From the NCBI RefSeq assembly GCF_003334335.1, contig NZ_QOWQ01000174.1: a stretch of DNA of 531 nucleotides. One strand, 5' to 3'. This document shows, piece after piece, positions 1 through 531 of this stretch. The notes under the pieces were generated by a model, which ran no database searches, was not told the origin of the DNA, and saw only the letters and a list, made by a program, of their open reading frames with translations. The stretch's first letter is position 1. Each line of letters opens with the position of its first letter. Position numbers and translations under genes: made by a program. Source of the DNA: Escherichia coli (GTDB lineage: Bacteria > Pseudomonadota > Gammaproteobacteria > Enterobacterales > Enterobacteriaceae).

Positions 1-45
1 CCCGTTGCTGAAAAAGAAAGCATCAGGCGATTAGCAGGGTATCAG

Positions 46-132
46 TTACCCGTTGAAATTTTTAAATACCTCACAATTCAGGCGGTTGACTGTTGTCTGG
101 TTTGCGGGGAGTTTGTTAAAAGAAACTGGCAT
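46..132 (-). CDS. Candidate small ORF (28 aa, MPVSFNKLPANQTTVNRLNCEVFKNFNG) with a strong SD
   Basis: On the - strand: SD AGGGGGA (145->139), 6-nt spacer, ATG (132->130), stop TAA (48->46). Spacing and SD strength are good, but the peptide is short, has no recognisable family features, and I see no clear promoter. Confidence 0.2.
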   Translation of the reverse strand: MPVSFNKLPANQTTVNRLNCEVFKNFNG

Positions 133-140
133 GGTGAATC

Positions 141-157
141 CCCCTGTGCGGAGGGGC
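141..157. repeat. GC-rich palindromic 17-mer CCCCTGTGCGGAGGGGC, copy 1 of 2
   Basis: 15 of 17 positions identical to 277-293 (CCCCTCTCCGGAGGGGC), which forms the + terminator stem. Both copies are self-complementary hairpins. Confidence 0.4.
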
Positions 158-206
158 AATCAGCAACTGGTGTTTTGTCACCGACCCTTATCCTTTCTGT
201 GCGGGT

Positions 207-530
207 TCAGGTGCTGATACTGAACTCACCGGGAGGCACCCGGCACCATGCAATGGCACATAGCGCCACTCTCCAGCCCCTCTCCGGAGGGGCTTTCTTA
301 TGGACAAAAAAAGCCCGCGCTGGGAGACGCGGGCGGCAAGGAATAAACAACAAAACGTGAAGTAATATTTCAGCTGGCGAATAATATCCGACAGTAATCA
401 CTCTGCGCAATAGCGCGGCCTTTTTCGTATTGCGGGCTGTAGTCTTCCTCCTGCCATTGTCCTGTAACTTCCGGACTTCAGCCCGTTCCCTCATCTGACT
501 CACAACATTATCCCGACCGGGAGGATTCAT
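207..530 (-). CDS. Hypothetical ORF (107 aa) from the six-frame track; doubtful as a full-length gene
   Basis: Open frame from ATG 530-528 to TGA 209-207. The N-terminal ~55 codons (530 to ~365) are basic and protein-like (MNPPGRDNVVSQMRERAEVRKLQDNGRRKTTARNTKKAALLRR...). The frame then runs through the - strand terminator (334-304) and the + strand terminator hairpin before reaching a stop, and it is antisense to the + ORF. Its RBS would lie outside the window. Confidence 0.2.
   Translation of the reverse strand: MNPPGRDNVVSQMRERAEVRKLQDNGRRKTTARNTKKAALLRRVITVGYYSPAEILLHVLLFIPCRPRLPARAFFVHKKAPPERGWRVALCAIAWCRVPPGEFSIST
275..300 (+). terminator. Rho-independent (intrinsic) terminator, + strand
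   Basis: Stem 275-282 AGCCCCTC pairs with 287-294 GAGGGGCT (8 bp, 6 G:C), tetraloop TCCG 283-286, followed by T-rich tail TTTCTTA 294-300. Sequence downstream of the same hairpin on the - strand is not T-rich, so the orientation is +. Confidence 0.6.
277..293. repeat. GC-rich palindromic 17-mer CCCCTCTCCGGAGGGGC, copy 2 of 2 (coincides with the + terminator stem)
   Basis: 15 of 17 positions identical to 141-157. Confidence 0.4.
304..334 (-). terminator. Rho-independent (intrinsic) terminator, - strand
   Basis: Stem 313-319 GCCCGCG pairs with 328-334 CGCGGGC (7 bp, all G:C or C:G), 8-nt loop 320-327. On the + strand it is preceded by A7 (306-312), so on the - strand the transcript reads GCCCGCG-UCUCCCAG-CGCGGGC-UUUUUUU-GU. 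Downstream on the + strand (GGCAAGGAATAAAC) is not U-rich. Confidence 0.7.
304..380 (-). ncRNA. Candidate small RNA on the - strand ending at the - terminator; 5' end undefined
   Basis: On the - strand a U-rich stretch (CUUCACGUUUUGUUGUUUAUUCCUUGCC, about 362->335) directly precedes the terminator hairpin with U7. This resembles the 3' module of Hfq-dependent sRNAs. A weak promoter-like pair lies upstream on the - strand: TTGCGC (410->405), 18-bp spacer, TATTAT (386->381). Confidence 0.25.
519..528 (+). promoter_or_regulatory. Shine-Dalgarno / ribosome-binding site for a + strand gene starting at the right edge
   Basis: GGGAGGA at 519-525, a near-consensus SD, then spacer TTC and ATG at 529-531. 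If the true start is the first codon beyond the window, the spacer is 6 nt, which is also well placed. Confidence 0.45.
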
Positions 531-531
531 G
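529..531 (+). CDS. Possible start codon of a downstream + strand gene truncated by the window end; product unknown
   Basis: ATG at 529-531 lies 3 nt after the SD GGGAGGA. Only the start codon is inside the window, so no protein evidence is available. The same CATG palindrome also provides the ATG of the - strand ORF 207..530. Confidence 0.3.

Larger units (their letters stand above)
131..300 (+). ncRNA. Candidate structured small transcript or 3' UTR ending at the + terminator; 5' end undefined
   Basis: Consecutive stem-loops on the + strand: 141-145/152-156 (CCCCT/AGGGG), 169-172/179-182 (GGTG/CACC), 203-210/220-227 (GGGTTCAG/CTGAACTC, one G:U), 229-233/239-243 (CCGGG/CCCGG), 254-257/265-268 (TGGC/GCCA), then the terminator hairpin 275-294. 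No convincing long ORF with an RBS in this interval. Confidence 0.25.

Noticed and set aside
53-122. Sigma70 promoter-like hexamers on the + strand (TTGAAA 53-58; TTGACT 86-91; TTGTCT 93-98 with TAAAAG 117-122)
   Set aside because: No pairing gives both a good -10 and correct 16-18 bp spacing; the best is 4 of 6 at each hexamer. Not sufficient to annotate a promoter.
131-217. + strand small ORF of 28 aa (MVNPPVRRGNQQLVFCHRPLSFLCGFRC) from ATG 131 to TGA 215-217
   Set aside because: Only a weak purine-rich stretch (AAAGAAA) serves as an RBS, the peptide has no recognisable features, and its stop lies in a hairpin loop. Leaderless or poorly initiated translation cannot be excluded but is unsupported.
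201-230. tRNA-like T-arm (GGGTTCAGG ... ACC)
   Set aside because: Does not match the GGTTCGAAT T-loop consensus, and there is no acceptor-stem complementarity or CCA context. It is simply the 203-227 hairpin.
175-360. + strand ORF of 61 aa from the six-frame track
   Set aside because: Starts with TTG, has no Shine-Dalgarno, reads through the + terminator and the - terminator hairpin, and is antisense to the other long ORF. Most likely a stop-free artefact of GC-rich palindromic sequence.
1-360. + strand frame 1 is open from the first base of the window to TGA 358-360, so a gene could enter from the left
   Set aside because: It would have to be translated through two intrinsic terminators. 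A + gene entering from the left more plausibly ends at TAG 32-34 (frame 2) or TGA 9-11 (frame 3), but nothing in the window lets me decide, so no upstream CDS is called.
361-424. Tandem repeats suggestive of a type III antitoxin RNA or a CRISPR array (AGTAAT recurring at 361 and 393)
   Set aside because: Similarity does not extend beyond the 6-mer; there are no repeated units of 25-40 nt anywhere in the window.
405-425. Possible third + strand terminator: GCGC-AATA-GCGC then GGCC and TTTTT
   Set aside because: The stem is only 4 bp, with a 4-nt spacer before the T-run. An alternative longer stem (406-412 with 428-434) would enclose the T-run in its loop. Too weak and ambiguous to call.
506-512. 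Partial Fur-box-like CATTATC, plus scans for LexA, CRP and sigma54 motifs
   Set aside because: Only fragmentary matches; no full operator or -24/-12 element is present.
144-524. Short exact direct repeats (CTGTGCGG, ACCGGGAGG, CCCGTTG, TTATCC, CCGACC)
   Set aside because: 8- to 9-mers recurring once in a window of about 530 bp are close to chance expectation; noted but not treated as functional repeats on their own.
135-529. Retron msr-msd ncRNA with a1/a2 inverted repeats upstream of a gene start
   Set aside because: The only long-range inverted repeat is about 385 nt apart, far longer than retron ncRNAs, and the interval contains terminators on both strands. No evidence that the downstream gene is a reverse transcriptase.

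Overview
531-bp window that reads mainly as non-coding, intergenic-type sequence; I do not recognise the locus. The best-supported elements are two back-to-back, convergently oriented intrinsic terminators in the centre: a + strand GC hairpin at 275-294 with a T-rich tail, and a - strand GC hairpin at 313-334 followed on that strand by seven U. The right edge carries a strong Shine-Dalgarno (GGGAGGA, 519-525) and an ATG at 529-531, consistent with a + strand gene starting at or just beyond the window end. Both ORFs in the supplied six-frame track overlap each other antisense across 207-360 and read straight through both terminator hairpins, so I treat them as probably spurious, although the 5' part of the - strand ORF cannot be excluded. 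On the + strand, 131-300 is a chain of stem-loops ending in the + terminator; on the - strand a U-rich stretch precedes the terminator. Both are candidate small transcripts, but I see no convincing sigma70 promoter for either. No CRISPR, tRNA, rRNA or clear mobile-element signature. A window this short cannot hold a multi-gene system; the follow-up value is possible unannotated small RNAs or small ORFs in a long intergenic space.
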